Sequence record: ON529855.1
Length of the DNA: 64,000 nucleotides
Reading direction: 5' to 3' (one strand)
Shown: positions 14,546-26,600 of the stretch, one piece after another
Numbering within the stretch: position 1 is the stretch's first letter
Layout: each line of letters opens with the position of its first letter
Translations under genes and position numbers: made by a program
Notes under the pieces: model-generated
Told to the model about the DNA's origin: nothing
The model's input: only the letters and a program-made list of their open reading frames with translations
Database searches by the model: none

Positions 14546-14995
14546 CGTGACCTCGGGAGATTTCAGGGGGCCGGCTTTGGCGCGCGGCGTTTAACCGCCG
14601 GCGCCTAGACGGAGGCAGCGTGCCAGCCCTGCTCGACTGGCCCAGCCCCCTCAAGGCGATGAGTGCCAGGAAAGGCGGCAATGGTCAAGGGGAAATGCGG
14701 TGGGTACAGCTTCAACCGGCCTTGCGGCCTGCGGGTCTTTCGGGCGTCCTGCCCACCGCGCCTACTACGACGCCTTTTTCGGCCCCGGCGCGCCGGAGAG
14801 AAAAAATCGACGGGTGACCGCTACCGGCCTCGCCTGCTGGCCCGTCCCAGCGCCTGACCTTCTCTTCGCGACGCCCTTGTGGGCGTTATGGCCTTCCCGT
14901 CCGAAGACAGACGCCGTGAAGGGTCAGCGGGACCGCATGATCGTCAGCCGCACGGCCAGCGCGGCGAGCGGATCAGAGGCCTGTCCCGGAAAGAA

Positions 14996-15069
14996 TGGAG
15001 CGACTGGTCGGAATCGAACCGACGTCCCCAGGGTGGAAACCTAGTGCTAAGCCTCTCAGCTACAGCCGC
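14996..15069 (-). tRNA. tRNA-Gly(TCC)
   Basis: CTAGG-TTTCCAC-CCTGG, U73. Confidence 0.9.
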
Positions 15070-15083
15070 AGTATAAAAGAGGG

Positions 15084-15159
15084 TGGAGCGACTCTCGGGA
15101 CTCGAACCCGACCCTGCGCGTTGGCAACGCGTTGTACCCACCCATAATACGTGAGTCGC
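15084..15159 (-). tRNA. tRNA-Gly(GCC)
   Basis: CGCG-TTGCCAA-CGCG, U73. Confidence 0.85.
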
Positions 15160-15172
15160 AGTGGTTAATAAA

Positions 15173-15254
15173 TGGCACGGGTGGAGGGATTCGAACCCCC
15201 GACGTATGCTGGTTTTGGAGACCAGTGCCTTGAGCCAGACTTGGCGACACCCGT
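15173..15254 (-). tRNA. tRNA-Trp(CCA)
   Basis: CTGGT-CTCCAAA-ACCAG. Confidence 0.88.
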
Positions 15255-15267
15255 GTAAACTTGAAAG

Positions 15268-15792
15268 CTACTTATAACGCTCTTGAATGAACTTGACAAC
15301 CCGCTGCGGCGTACTTTCGTCGGCGGTGGTGCGAAAATCGATCCGATCCCCCAGCAGGGCCAGCAGCTTCTGATCCACCTCCAGGGCTTCCGCCTCGTTG
15401 TGGTGGCGGCCGTAGGTCTGATAGGCGGACGCCGGGCGATCGAGCCAGACGTTGACGTTCTCGTAGGAATCGAAAAGGTCGAAGACCTCCTGATGGAACT
15501 CCGGCTGGGCGTAGTCGCCCTGGCCGTAGACGCAGCCCAACAGCAGGGGACTGTCGGTCAAAATCCAATCGACGTGACCGAGGAATCGTTTCAGCCGGGA
15601 CGCCTGTTTCCAGGTGACGCGGCGCTGATCGGCCAAGGTCGCCCAGTCCTGACTGACGGAGCGCTCGGTGGCGTACTCCTCGACCTGGGCGGCGCGGTAT
15701 CCGCCGATCTTCAGGTGAAAGAAGGTCCCGGCCTTGACCGTCGACTTACCGCCGCACGGGCCAGACCAGAAGTTCAGGACACGCGTCGTCAT
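15268..15792 (-). CDS. P-loop kinase/ATPase (AAA_28/NadR-like)
   Basis: SGPCGGKST Walker A, EEYATE, ILTDSPLLL. Confidence 0.7.
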   Translation of the reverse strand: MTTRVLNFWSGPCGGKSTVKAGTFFHLKIGGYRAAQVEEYATERSVSQDWATLADQRRVTWKQASRLKRFLGHVDWILTDSPLLLGCVYGQGDYAQPEFHQEVFDLFDSYENVNVWLDRPASAYQTYGRHHNEAEALEVDQKLLALLGDRIDFRTTADESTPQRVVKFIQERYK

Positions 15793-15860
15793 GCAGCAAA
15801 CGGACTTTCAACCGGCTGTAGGGATTCAGATTGTGGGGGTGGCGCATTGCGCCGGCAGGT

Positions 15861-16160
15861 TTAGCTGCGCCAGCTTCCGTCGGCGTCGTCAACGACGTCC
15901 GGGGCATCCAGATCGGCTTCGACCGTCCGGCGCTGTCGACCTCGACCTCGTCCGCGCGGCGCCTCTTGGGCGTCTTCGGGCTCAGCCTGCACGATCAGGG
16001 CCTCGACGGCATCGACGACGATCTCAACCGGAGGGGCGACTTCGACACGGGTCCAGGGCGTGCGCGACCATCCGTGCTGAAGCACGAGGGAGCCGGCCTT
16101 CGCCGAGGGAACGTCGAAGGGCTCGCAAGTTTCCGGATGATAAACGCGCTCGGTAGCCAT
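15861..16160 (-). CDS. Hypothetical protein
   Basis: 99 aa behind its own TTGACA-N17-TAAGGT promoter. Confidence 0.65.
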   Translation of the reverse strand: MATERVYHPETCEPFDVPSAKAGSLVLQHGWSRTPWTRVEVAPPVEIVVDAVEALIVQAEPEDAQEAPRGRGRGRQRRTVEADLDAPDVVDDADGSWRS

Positions 16161-16209
16161 AAGGAGGGACCTTATACGAACTCTGCGCGATTGTCAATTA
16201 TTACGGCAG

Positions 16210-16995
16210 TCAGTCGAGCGCCCAGTTGAACCACACCGCCTTTTTCTCGCCCGGCGCCTCAGCGTATTCGGGCTCCAGCGGCGTGACGAAGTCGTTGAGG
16301 AAGACGCCGTTCAAGAAGTCGCCGGTTGCGCGGTGGCCGTGAATGAAGCGCGGCTCCCCGCCGGCACCATAGGCGTCAAACCCCTGGCCGAGTCGCCAGC
16401 CGTTGATACGGCGAACCGTCCGCGCCTCCTGGGTCCACAGGTAAGCGCGATAGGCCCCGCGCCGCAGGCGCGTGTTGAGCGCGAGCCGCAGCATGACGCC
16501 GTTAAGCGGGGCCTCCTCGATATGCGAGAAGACGAGATGGTCGGCGGAATCGTAGAGACCGATCCGCACGGCGCCTGCGCCCGCGCTCAGCCATACCCCC
16601 GCCTCGGTCAGCCGAATCGTGTCCGAGGCGACGTGGAAGGTCTCGAACAGGATCGTCTCGGCCGGCAAGTCGGCTTCTTCCGGTGCGCCATCGAACGCCA
16701 GTCCCGGCACCGCAAATCCCCCAGGAGGAGCGTCCACCGCCACGACCCCATCGACGACAGCCAGGGGCGCCAGGTCGGGGTCCCAGGTCAGGACGCCGGC
16801 TTTGCGCGACAGCGGCGCGCTTTGCGGCCCCGTCGCGGGGGCCACGCCGGAGGCGGCTGACGGCAGATGGATGGATTCAGGACGGCCGTCGACGCGCAGG
16901 TGCAGCCTGCGGTCCGCCGTATTGTGCCCGACCTGCCCCGGCAGCAGGTGAGGTCGGGCGTTCGGCGTGGCCGAGTGTTTGTTCTGGATCGCCAT
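16210..16995 (-). CDS. Putative fibre-associated protein
   Basis: LLPGQVGHNTADRRLHL resembles fibre neck motifs; end of the fibre operon. Confidence 0.5.
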   Translation of the reverse strand: MAIQNKHSATPNARPHLLPGQVGHNTADRRLHLRVDGRPESIHLPSAASGVAPATGPQSAPLSRKAGVLTWDPDLAPLAVVDGVVAVDAPPGGFAVPGLAFDGAPEEADLPAETILFETFHVASDTIRLTEAGVWLSAGAGAVRIGLYDSADHLVFSHIEEAPLNGVMLRLALNTRLRRGAYRAYLWTQEARTVRRINGWRLGQGFDAYGAGGEPRFIHGHRATGDFLNGVFLNDFVTPLEPEYAEAPGEKKAVWFNWALD

Positions 16996-17621
16996 CAGAG
17001 GAACCGCAGGGAAACAACGTGGTGTTGAGGAATGGACGACCAGGGCGACATGGTCTGGACATGCTCCACAATCAGGTTCGACGTCGTGGGCGTCGTCTCG
17101 ATCGTATAATGCCCCGGCTCCAGCCAGCGGTCGAAACCTGGCTCCAGGGTCATGGCGCCGTTGATCGCGAAGTCGTGCGTTTCGAGCAGGAGCCCTTTCA
17201 CATCGAACAGACGCGCAGTGAGCGTGCCCGTGCCGCCGTTGCTGCGCAGCCGCATCGCGATCAGTCGAGCCGGCTCGGCCAGAGCGATCGTCGTCGTGCG
17301 GACAATGCCGCCGAAGGGCAGGAAGCCGACCGCCACCGGCGCGCAGCCCGGCAGCACCCAGACCTTGCGGTCCATGGGACGCCCGCCGCCGCCTGCCTGA
17401 AGCGGGCCATGCTCGACGCCTTCGGGCGTCATCAGGCGGACGTCGTCGCCCCCCAGGGCGCGTTCCGGCAGAAGCGGCACGCTCATGTCAAAGGAGTCCT
17501 GACCGACGCCCAGGATGCGCGCTTCTCGGTCAATCGTCAGTTCGCCCGGCGCGCGAGGCTCGACCGGGCTCACCTCGAACGGCGTGAGGTAGATGGTATC
17601 AGGCATCAGGCGGTCGCCCAC
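16995..17621 (-). CDS. Putative fibre-associated protein
   Basis: Coupled; EPRAPGELTIDREARIL motif related to its neighbours. Confidence 0.5.
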   Translation of the reverse strand: MGDRLMPDTIYLTPFEVSPVEPRAPGELTIDREARILGVGQDSFDMSVPLLPERALGGDDVRLMTPEGVEHGPLQAGGGGRPMDRKVWVLPGCAPVAVGFLPFGGIVRTTTIALAEPARLIAMRLRSNGGTGTLTARLFDVKGLLLETHDFAINGAMTLEPGFDRWLEPGHYTIETTPTTSNLIVEHVQTMSPWSSIPQHHVVSLRFL

Positions 17622-20600
17622 ACATAGGCCAGAGCCGACGCCTCGCGGGAGGTCGGCGTCGGCGCGTCCAACAAGGAGCCCGTATCGGGCGCGGCGGGAT
17701 CACCCACCATCGTCATATCAGCGGCGAAGGCCGTCGGGCCGCGTCGGGCCGACAGCGTGGGAGCGGCGCCGGTGACGGCGATCATGGCGGCGTGCCACCC
17801 TGCTTCCAGCACCACGTCCTGGTCCACGGACTTCGGTCCGGTAGGTCCGGAGGCCGACACCTGCACGCTCACGGCGACATCGCCGGGCATTTGAAGCGCC
17901 TGGTCCCAACGACAGACGCCGAACCGGATCGTGCCGGCCGACGCCGCAGTGATCGTGACGCCGAAACGGGTGAACCGGGTCGTGCGCGGCAGGAAGAACG
18001 GACGATAGACCACCTTGCCGACGGGCGGCTGGTTGGCCGAAGCGTCCATGCCGAAGTCGGTCAGATAGCGATCGCCCGCGCGCGCTGGCAACAGCACCGG
18101 CGCATCGTAGACGGGGTCCGGCGCGCGCCAGGTTCCGTCCGCATAGAGGATGTCCCCAGGCTCGCCGCCCTCGGGAGCCACGCCGCCCAACGCGATACGG
18201 CCCAGGGGCCGCGCCTGCATGACGCCGTAACCGTCGGTCGCGAAGAGGAGACCATCCGTCTCGTTCAGCGCAATTTCCAGCGGCTCAAGCGCGATGGGGA
18301 CATTGCCGCGCACCAGGGTGCGTTTGTAGCGGATGACCACGCCGCCCGACCCCGAGACGTGCACCCCGTCGCCATCTTCGACATAGCCTTCGACCGGTTG
18401 GAGATAGACCGTCGGCAAGGGCGCCGACGCCGAGGTTCCGCCCGCGCCTTCCGATTCCGGCGGAGAGACGAGGATGACGGAATCACTCAGGTCGCCGTCG
18501 ACGACCGCCGCCGTCAGTTCGGCGGCGAAACCGCGCGGCGGCGTCACGTAGATGCGGTCGAAGTAGTTGATGCGGACGGTGGCGCTGCGGCTGAACGAGG
18601 CCAGCGGCGTGCCGACCAGGATCAGGCCGAGGTCGCGAGACACGCTCGCGGTCACTTCGACCAGGGGGTCTCCGTTCATGCCGACCGCGATCGTGACGAG
18701 AGGACCGCCCTGAGGCCCCGCACTGACGATGGCGTTGGCCGCGCCCGTCGCTCCGCCCGTGGCGAAGGCGATCGTGATGTCGTTCTCGAACGGCTCGGTG
18801 GTGTAAGGAATGGGCAGTTCGCCCAACCCTGCCAGCGGCACGATCTGAACCGGCGCGCCGAAATCGCCGTCGGCCGTTTCATCGGGACCGCTCAGGTCGC
18901 CCTGGGGCGCCTGGAGCGTGACCACGCCCAGGAACTGACCCGGCTGCGGAGCCCAACCGGCATTGCCCTCGGCGGAGCCTTCAGGCGCCGTCAGCGGGAT
19001 GACGCTGTCGATCTCACCGATCCACATGTCGGCGACGCCCATCTCGCCCTCGATCTCGGAGAGAGCGATCACCAGAGGGTCGAACATCTCGAAGCCGTTG
19101 CCGAGAATGTAGTTCATCGGCTGGAGCGTGACCGTCAGGGTCTGGTCCAGTTTGAGATCGACGCCGGCCTCCAGGCCCACGGACGGCGGGAAGGGATAGG
19201 CGAGGTCCTCGCCGATCCCCGTCACCACCAGGGCGTCGTTCTGAGGCTGACCGCCCAGATCACCCGAGACGTAGATGGTCGGCAAATAGGCGCCGATGCC
19301 GCCTGCGGCCTTGGCCTGCGGGTCCATCATCAGGATGGATTCGCCCAGGTCACCCGAACCTTGAGCGCCCATGGCGATGGCGCCGACCGGCGGAACGACG
19401 GTGACAACCGGCAAGGAACCGACCGCGTCTCCGGCTTTCGATCCCTCGCCCGATCCCGACGCCGAGGTCACCAGAACCGTGCCGATCTGCGTGACGTTGA
19501 ACGTCACCGGGATGGACAGTTCACCCTCGAACACCGACAGAGCGGCCAGGCCAGGCCCGCCCGCCATGCCGGGCACGATGGCGAAGTTGGGCACCCCGCC
19601 CAGGCCGACGCCGGACTGATACACCGGATTGGTGGTCCCAGCAGGCGTGCCCGTCGCGGACGTCTCCGTGACCCCCTCCAGGAGGAGGTCGCCCAGGAAG
19701 CCGGAGCCGCCGCCGGCTGATCCCGACGTCGATCCGCTGTTGAGCGCGCCGCCGCCGCCGCCGTAGTAGCCGCCGCCGCCGCCTGCGCCGGTCGCACCCA
19801 CGCCGCTCGCGCCCACGACGCTTTCGCTGCCGTCGATCTGGAACCCGTCGCCGCCGCGAAGATAGGCTCCGTTGCCGTTGCCGCTGGTGTTCGACGCGCC
19901 TACGCCGCCCGCTGACTGCGTGCCGCCCGTGCCCATGCCTTGCGCCGTTCCGACGCCGTTGCCGCCGGACAGACCGCCACCGAACCCGCCGCGACGGGCC
20001 GCCGTCGCCGCCCCCGCGCCGCCTCCGCCGACGACCGCCACCAAGACGCCATTACGCCAGACGCGGGTCGAGCCGCCGCCCGCACCGCCGCCGTAGGTTC
20101 CCGGTCCGCCGCCGCCGCCGTCGGGCCAACCGCCCATGCTGCCCGTGAAGTTGCCCGGCGAAGAGCCGCCTTGGCCCACTTCAATGCGAATGAGGTCGCC
20201 CGGCTGGAACATGACGACGCCGGTCAAGTGACCGCCCGCGCCGCCGATCGAGTCCTGGGCGATCGTGTTGGTGTAAAGCTGCGAGCCTGCGCCGCCGCCG
20301 CCCCACAGGTTCAGATTGACGCCGCCGCTGAAGGTGGTGATGAAATCTCGGGGACCATAAACGTCGCCCAGCAGCGAGAGCGCGCCTTCCGGCAACGGCG
20401 CGATCGACGCGCCGGGCGTAAAGTCGAGAACCGCCCGGCCGTCGCCGCCGGGAAGGATCGCCGCCTTCGTCGCCTGGACGCCGCCCACGCCCACGCCCGC
20501 CGCATAATCCGCGTCGCCCGTCGCCGGGGGATTGGCCCCGACACCGCCCGCGAGGCGGTAGTTGAGCGCCAAGGGGCCGCCGTAGCTGGAACCGCCGCCG

Positions 20601-23600
20601 GCGCCCCCGGCTGAGGTCGCCGCCAGATTGGTGCCAGCGGCTCCGCCGTAATAGCCGCCGCCGCCGCCCGGACCCGCGTTAAGGCCTGCGGCCGTATCAG
20701 GGGTCGACCCATCCGGATAGCCCTGCCCGCCCGACAGATATGCGCCGGACGAAATCGAGCCCACCGCCCGCCCGCGCAGAAGCCCGCCACGATAATCTCG
20801 GCCGCCGTTGCCGACGGTGGTCGCCGGACCCGCGCCGGGAAGGCCGATACGACCGCCGGCCGCACCGCCGTCGCCCGGCACAGCAGCCGAATACCAGCTA
20901 TTGGCTCCGCCGCCGCCGCCTGCGACGAGTTGCAGCACGCCGTTGATCCAGACCCGCGAGGAGCCGCCGCCCGAGCCCGCCAGGCTGGTGCCGGCGGCTT
21001 CATACTTGCCGCCCCGTCCGCCGTCGGGCCAGCCGCCAAGGCCAGAGACCGTATCCGTGGGCGCCGGGACGCCGCCGCCCGAGGCGACATCCACACGGAC
21101 CACGTCGCCCGGCTTGACCAGGAACTCCGCGAGGCTGAAGGCGCCCGCACCGGCGACCGAGGGCGTGGTCACCGAGGGGCGAACGGCGGCGGAGCCGCCA
21201 GCGCCCCACAGCTTGACCTTGAGGAGACCGGCGGTGGTGACGTTGAACAGGCGTTCAGAACGGTTCGAACCATACGCGGTCTTGCCGGTCGGCAGATCGA
21301 CCGGAACCAGGTAGTTGAGGATCGCGAGACCGTCGCCGCCAGGCGCGGGGTTCTGCGCCAGCGTGGACGTTCCGGCGGAGCCCTGGGCCGTGCCCAGCAC
21401 GAAGCCCGGCACGGCGGTTCCGCCCAGGCCGACGACGCTTTCGCCGTTGGCGGGCGTCAGGTGAGAGCCGCCCCCAGCCGAGCCGGCGGCCGTCGCCGCA
21501 TTCAAGGAGGAGCCGCCGCCGCCGCCGTAGTAGCCGCCGCCGCCGCCCGGACCCATGCCCAGGCCGATGCCGTTAGAGCCGAGGCTGTATCGGGCGTTGC
21601 CGACGCCGAAGCCGTTGCCGCCCCGGAGGCTGGAGCCTGCGTAGGTGGTGTCGGTCGGATAACCCGTGTTGACGCCGCCGGAGACCTGAGTGCCGCCGGT
21701 TCCGGGCTTCAGATTGGCGTTGCTCGCCGGTCCGCCGTCCGCGCCGCCGCCGGCGCCGCCAGCCACTGCGACACTGGAGCCGCCGCCACCGCCGCCACCG
21801 CCGCCGGCCACCATGACCAGGACGTCGTTCTTGTAAAGCCGCGTGGAGCCGCCGCCGCCGCCGTAACCCGTCAGGGCGGAGATGCGCGCGCCGTCGCCGC
21901 CGTCGGGCCAACCGCCTTGACCGCCGCCCGCCGTCGCGAAGGGACGACCGCCTTGTCCGACTTCAACCCGCAGCGTGTCGCCGGGCACGACTTCAATGGC
22001 GGCGCGCGTGTAGCCTCCGTCGCCGCCAGGGCGGAAGGTGCCGACCGTCGCGCCGGAGCCGGCGCCGCCCCACAGGTTGACGTTGACCGTCCCCTTCTGG
22101 GAGATGGTGATGGTCCGGGCCGTCGCCGTGTGGCCGAAGACGTTGTTGCCCAGAACCAGGGTCGTCGGCTGGAGCGGGATCGCCGCCGGGGTCTCATCAA
22201 AGCGGATGAAGACCTGACCATCGCCGCCCTCAGTCACCCAGGGCTGGGTCAGCGTCGCCGATGCGCTGGCCGGACGCGCAACGCCCGAGACGTATTCCGG
22301 CAGGTCCGCGCTGGGAGGGGTGAACCCGCTGCCGGCCGCATTGGTGCCGTTGAGCGGGGTCAGCGACGAGCCGCCGCCCGCACCGCCCGCACCCGTGACG
22401 GCGCCTGCGACCGTGTCGCAGCCGCCGGCTCCGCCGTAATAGCCGCCGCCGCCGCCGGGGCCGGTGCCCTCGCCGACCGAAGCGTTGGAGCCCCCGACCG
22501 GATAGCCGTGACCGCCCTTCAGGTAGTCGCCGGCGTAGGAGGCGTCCGTCGTGTAAAGCTTGTTGACGCCGCCCGCCGTCTGCGTGCCGCCGCCACCGAC
22601 GGCGAAGTTGGCGTTGGAGGCCGGAGCACCATCCTGACCCGTCTCGCCGCCGCCTGCGCCGCCCTGGGCCGTATTGATGCCCGCGCCGCCCGCACCGCCG
22701 CCGGCGGCGACCGCCAGCAGACTGCTGTTGAGATAGACGCGGGTCGAGCCGCCGCCGCCGCCCCAACCGATCGCCGCCGAGCCCATGCCGCCGTTGCCGC
22801 CGTCGGGCCAGCCGCCCAGGCCGCCGGTCGTTGCCGTGGGGCCTCGACCGCCCTGCGCCACCTGGAAGCTGAGCGTGTCGCCGGGCACGACGTCGCGCGT
22901 GAACGAGACCATGCCGGCCGCGCCGCCGTTGGCGAGCGTTCCCGTGCCCGCGACGCCGCCGGCGCCGCCGCCCCAGGCGCGGACCGTCACCTTGCCAGGC
23001 TTGGTGGCGACCCAGGTCTGATTGACGGCACCGGCGTAAAGCAGGGTCCGTTCGGGCGCGACCGTTTGTTGGGCGACCAGAGCCAGGACCGCAAGACCAT
23101 TGCCGCCGTGCGTCGTCGACGAGAGGTTGGACGTGCCGTTGCCGCTGGCCGCGACGCCGGCGACGTAGTCGGGGTCCGAAGCGTTCGGAACGCCGTTGGA
23201 GCCGGTGTTGTTCGCGCCGCCGGCCTCGGTTCCACCGGTCTTGCCGTTGTTCCAGCGTCGCGTGTAGCCGTCGTAGCCCGCATGGATGTAACTGGAGCCG
23301 CCGCCGGAGCCCGCGCCCGATCCACCCGAACCGCCGCCATAGTAACCGCCGCCGCCGCCGCCGCCGTTGCGCGTGTCCGCCGTGGTCCGGTTTTGCCCGA
23401 CGCCGTATCCGTGACCGCCGCGCAGCAGGCCGCCCGTCGCGGCCGCATCACCGTAGCGACCGACCGCATAGCCGCCCGCCGCCTGGGTGCCGCCCGCGCC
23501 GTAGTTGCTGCTGCCGCCGTGTTCGCCGTAGTAGTAGCCGCCGGAGCCGCTGAAGAAGGCGCCGCCGACGCCGCCGCCCGCACCGGCGACCGCGACCAGA

Positions 23601-26600
23601 ACGTCGTTGACGTAGATGCGCGTCGAGCCGCCGCCGCCGCCACCGCAATAGGTCGAGGAGGCGTAGCCGCCGTCGCCGCCGTCGGGCCAGCCGCCGAGGC
23701 CGCCTTCGGTGGTCACAGCCGGCTTGCGCCCGCCTTGCCCGACTTCAACCCGAACCGTGTCGTTGGCCTTGACGGGGATGGCGACATGCGTGAAGCCGCC
23801 CGCGCCCGCATAGCGCGTGCCGGAGTTGGCGTAGCCGCCGGCTCCGCCGCCGCCCCACAACTTGGCCTCCAGAATGCTGTCGGCCGCGACCTTGTATTCA
23901 ACCGGCGCGCCCCGGAAGGCGAGCGAAATCTTGGAGGGGAGTTCCGGCGTAGCGGCCGGAGGGCCGAGGTCGAGAACCGCGCGGCCGTTGCCGCCGGGCA
24001 GAGCCTGGTCAGTGGGTCCGCCCTGGACGGAGCCGGCCGCGACGCCCGTGACGTAGTCCGGGTCCAGCGCCCGAGGGGGGTTCTGGGCCAGGCCCATCTC
24101 GGTGACGCCGTTATCGACAGCCGGGTGCAGGAAGGACGAGCCGCCGCCCGCGCCGCTGGAGGTCGAGGACGCCAGGCCAGACGAACCGCCGCCGCCGTAG
24201 TAGCCGCCGCCGCCGCCCGCGCCGACGGTGCCCGAGGCGTTGGAGACTTCGACCGGCACTGAGGTGCTGCCGCCCGAGCCGCCCCGGAGGTATCCGCCCG
24301 AAGAGACCGCATCAGCCCCCCGCGCCATGCAGACGCCGCCGGCCGTCTGTGATCCGCCCGTTCCACGCACGCCGCCGGCCTCATCGCCGTCGGCCCCCGT
24401 CAGGCCGCCGCCCGCGCCGCCGTAACCGCGCGAGGCGGTCGTATTCTCGTGGACGTTGCCGCCGCCGCCGCCGGCCGCGACCGCCACCAGGGCGCCGTTC
24501 TTGTAGATGCGCGTGGAGCCGCCGCCCGCGCCCGCAGACCGCGAGGTGGCGAAGAACCCGCCAGGGCCGCCATCAGGCCAGCCGCCGACCGACGGCCCGG
24601 AACCGATGGCCCCCGTGTTGGCGCCGCCCGCGCCGACTTCCACCGTCAGGATGTCGCCGGCCTTAAACCGAATCACGCCCGACACGAAGCCGCCAGGGCC
24701 GCCGTAACTCAGCGGTCGGGTAGCGACAATCGACGCCCCGGAGCCCCCGCCGCCCCACAGTTTGAACGCGAGGTCCGAGGTCTCGGTGACCTCGTAGGAT
24801 TTGGCGAAGCCTTCAAAGGGCAGCACGAACTTGCCGCGCCCCACGGGGGTCGGCGGATCGATCGCCATGACGACCACGCGGCCGTCGCCGCCGGGGACGC
24901 CGACGCCGCGATTGCTGCCGAATGCGGCGCGACCGGCCGCCTTGCCGCCGCGATCCGAATCCGAAGCCGCGCCAGGCGCGCCCGTCGTGATGACGCCCGT
25001 TTCCGTCAGGCCGTCGACCACGGAGGGATGAATATAGGAAGAGCCGCCGCCCGCGCCGCCGCCGGGGATGAAGGTGCCGGTGCTGGCGCTGCCCGAGCCG
25101 CCGTAGTAGCCGCCGCCGCCGCCCGCGCCGGAGTTGACGGAGTTCGAGGAAATCGTCTCCCCTACGGTCGAGTCGTAGCCGTCGCCGCCGCGCGCGCCAA
25201 CGCCGTTGAACGCCGGTTTGAACGGACTGACCCCAGGTCCGGTTTGCGAGCCGCCGATGCCGCGATAGGAATCGTTGGTGTAGTCAAGCGTGGCGTTGTT
25301 GGCTGCGTAGCCGTTCTGCCCGATCAGCCCGCCTCCGGGGCCGCCGTAGCCGCCGCTGGCGTAGCCCATGCCGGAGCCGCCGCCGCCGCCCGCGACCAGC
25401 ATGATGACGCCGTTGACCTTGACGATCGTCGCGCCGCCGCCGCCGCCGAGTTGCCCGACGGTGAAATACTTGGCGCCGTTGCCGCCGTTCGGCCAGCCGC
25501 CAAAGCCGCCGCGCTCGGAACCGGTGCGGCCGTCGCCACCCTGCCCGCCCTGGGCGACGGAAATCTCGACCAGGTCGCCCGTGACAAGCGCGATCTTACC
25601 ACGCACGAAGCCGCCGCCGCCCGACGCGCCGCCGAGCGCTGCGCTGCCGTCCGAACGGTGAGCCGGCGCACCGGCGCCGCCCCAGGCCTTGATGTCGAGC
25701 GTGGTGTTGCGGTCCGCCACGAAGGACTTGACCGCGCCCGTGAAGTCCAGGGTGGTCTTGCCCGGCGGAATCGGCGGGATGACCACGGCCGCGATGGTGA
25801 GCACCGCCAGGCCGTTGCCGCCAGGCAGCGCCATGACGCCAGTCGAACCGTTGTCGGCGCCCACGGCGACGCCCGCGACGTAATCCGCATCATCAGTCTT
25901 GGGCGCAGTCTTGCCCGCTCCGGCGACGTTGAGCGGGGTCGCGACCGACGCGTGGAGGAAGGACGAGCCGCCGCCGGCGCCCGAGGACAGGTTGGTGGTC
26001 CACTGACCGGCGCCGGCGCCGCCGCCATAGTAGCCGCCGCCGCCGCCGCCGCCGTTGCGGTTGTCGGCGTTGGCGACGAATCCGGAGCCGCCGCGCAGAG
26101 AGCCTCCCTGCTTGGCGGGCATATTGCTGGGATTGGAGAAGCCGCCGGCCGACTGCGTGCCGCCAAGGCCGGCCCAGCCCGCCTGGCCGAAGCCGTCTTG
26201 ACCCACGAGGCCGCCGCCAGCGCCGGAGTAACCCAGGGCCACCGTCGTGCCGGTTTCGTTGTGGTTGGCCCCGCCGCCGCCGCCCGCAACCGCGACCAGG
26301 ACGTTGTTCACATAGAGGCGCGTGGAGCCGCCGCCGCCGCCTGCGGCGCGAATGGTGAAAGCGTATCCGCCCACGCCGCCGTCGGGCCAACCGCCGGGGG
26401 AGACCGCAGCGCCCGTGAGAGGATCAGTCCGCCCGCCCCCGCCGACTTCGATCTTGATCGTGTCGCCCGCCGCCACCACGACCTCGCCCGACACAAAGCC
26501 GCCGGCGCCGCCGTAGCCGACACGAGGCGCGATGTTGGAGGCGTTGGAGCCGCCGCCGGCGCCGCCCCACAGCTTGAACGACAGGGCTCCGCCCGTGGCG

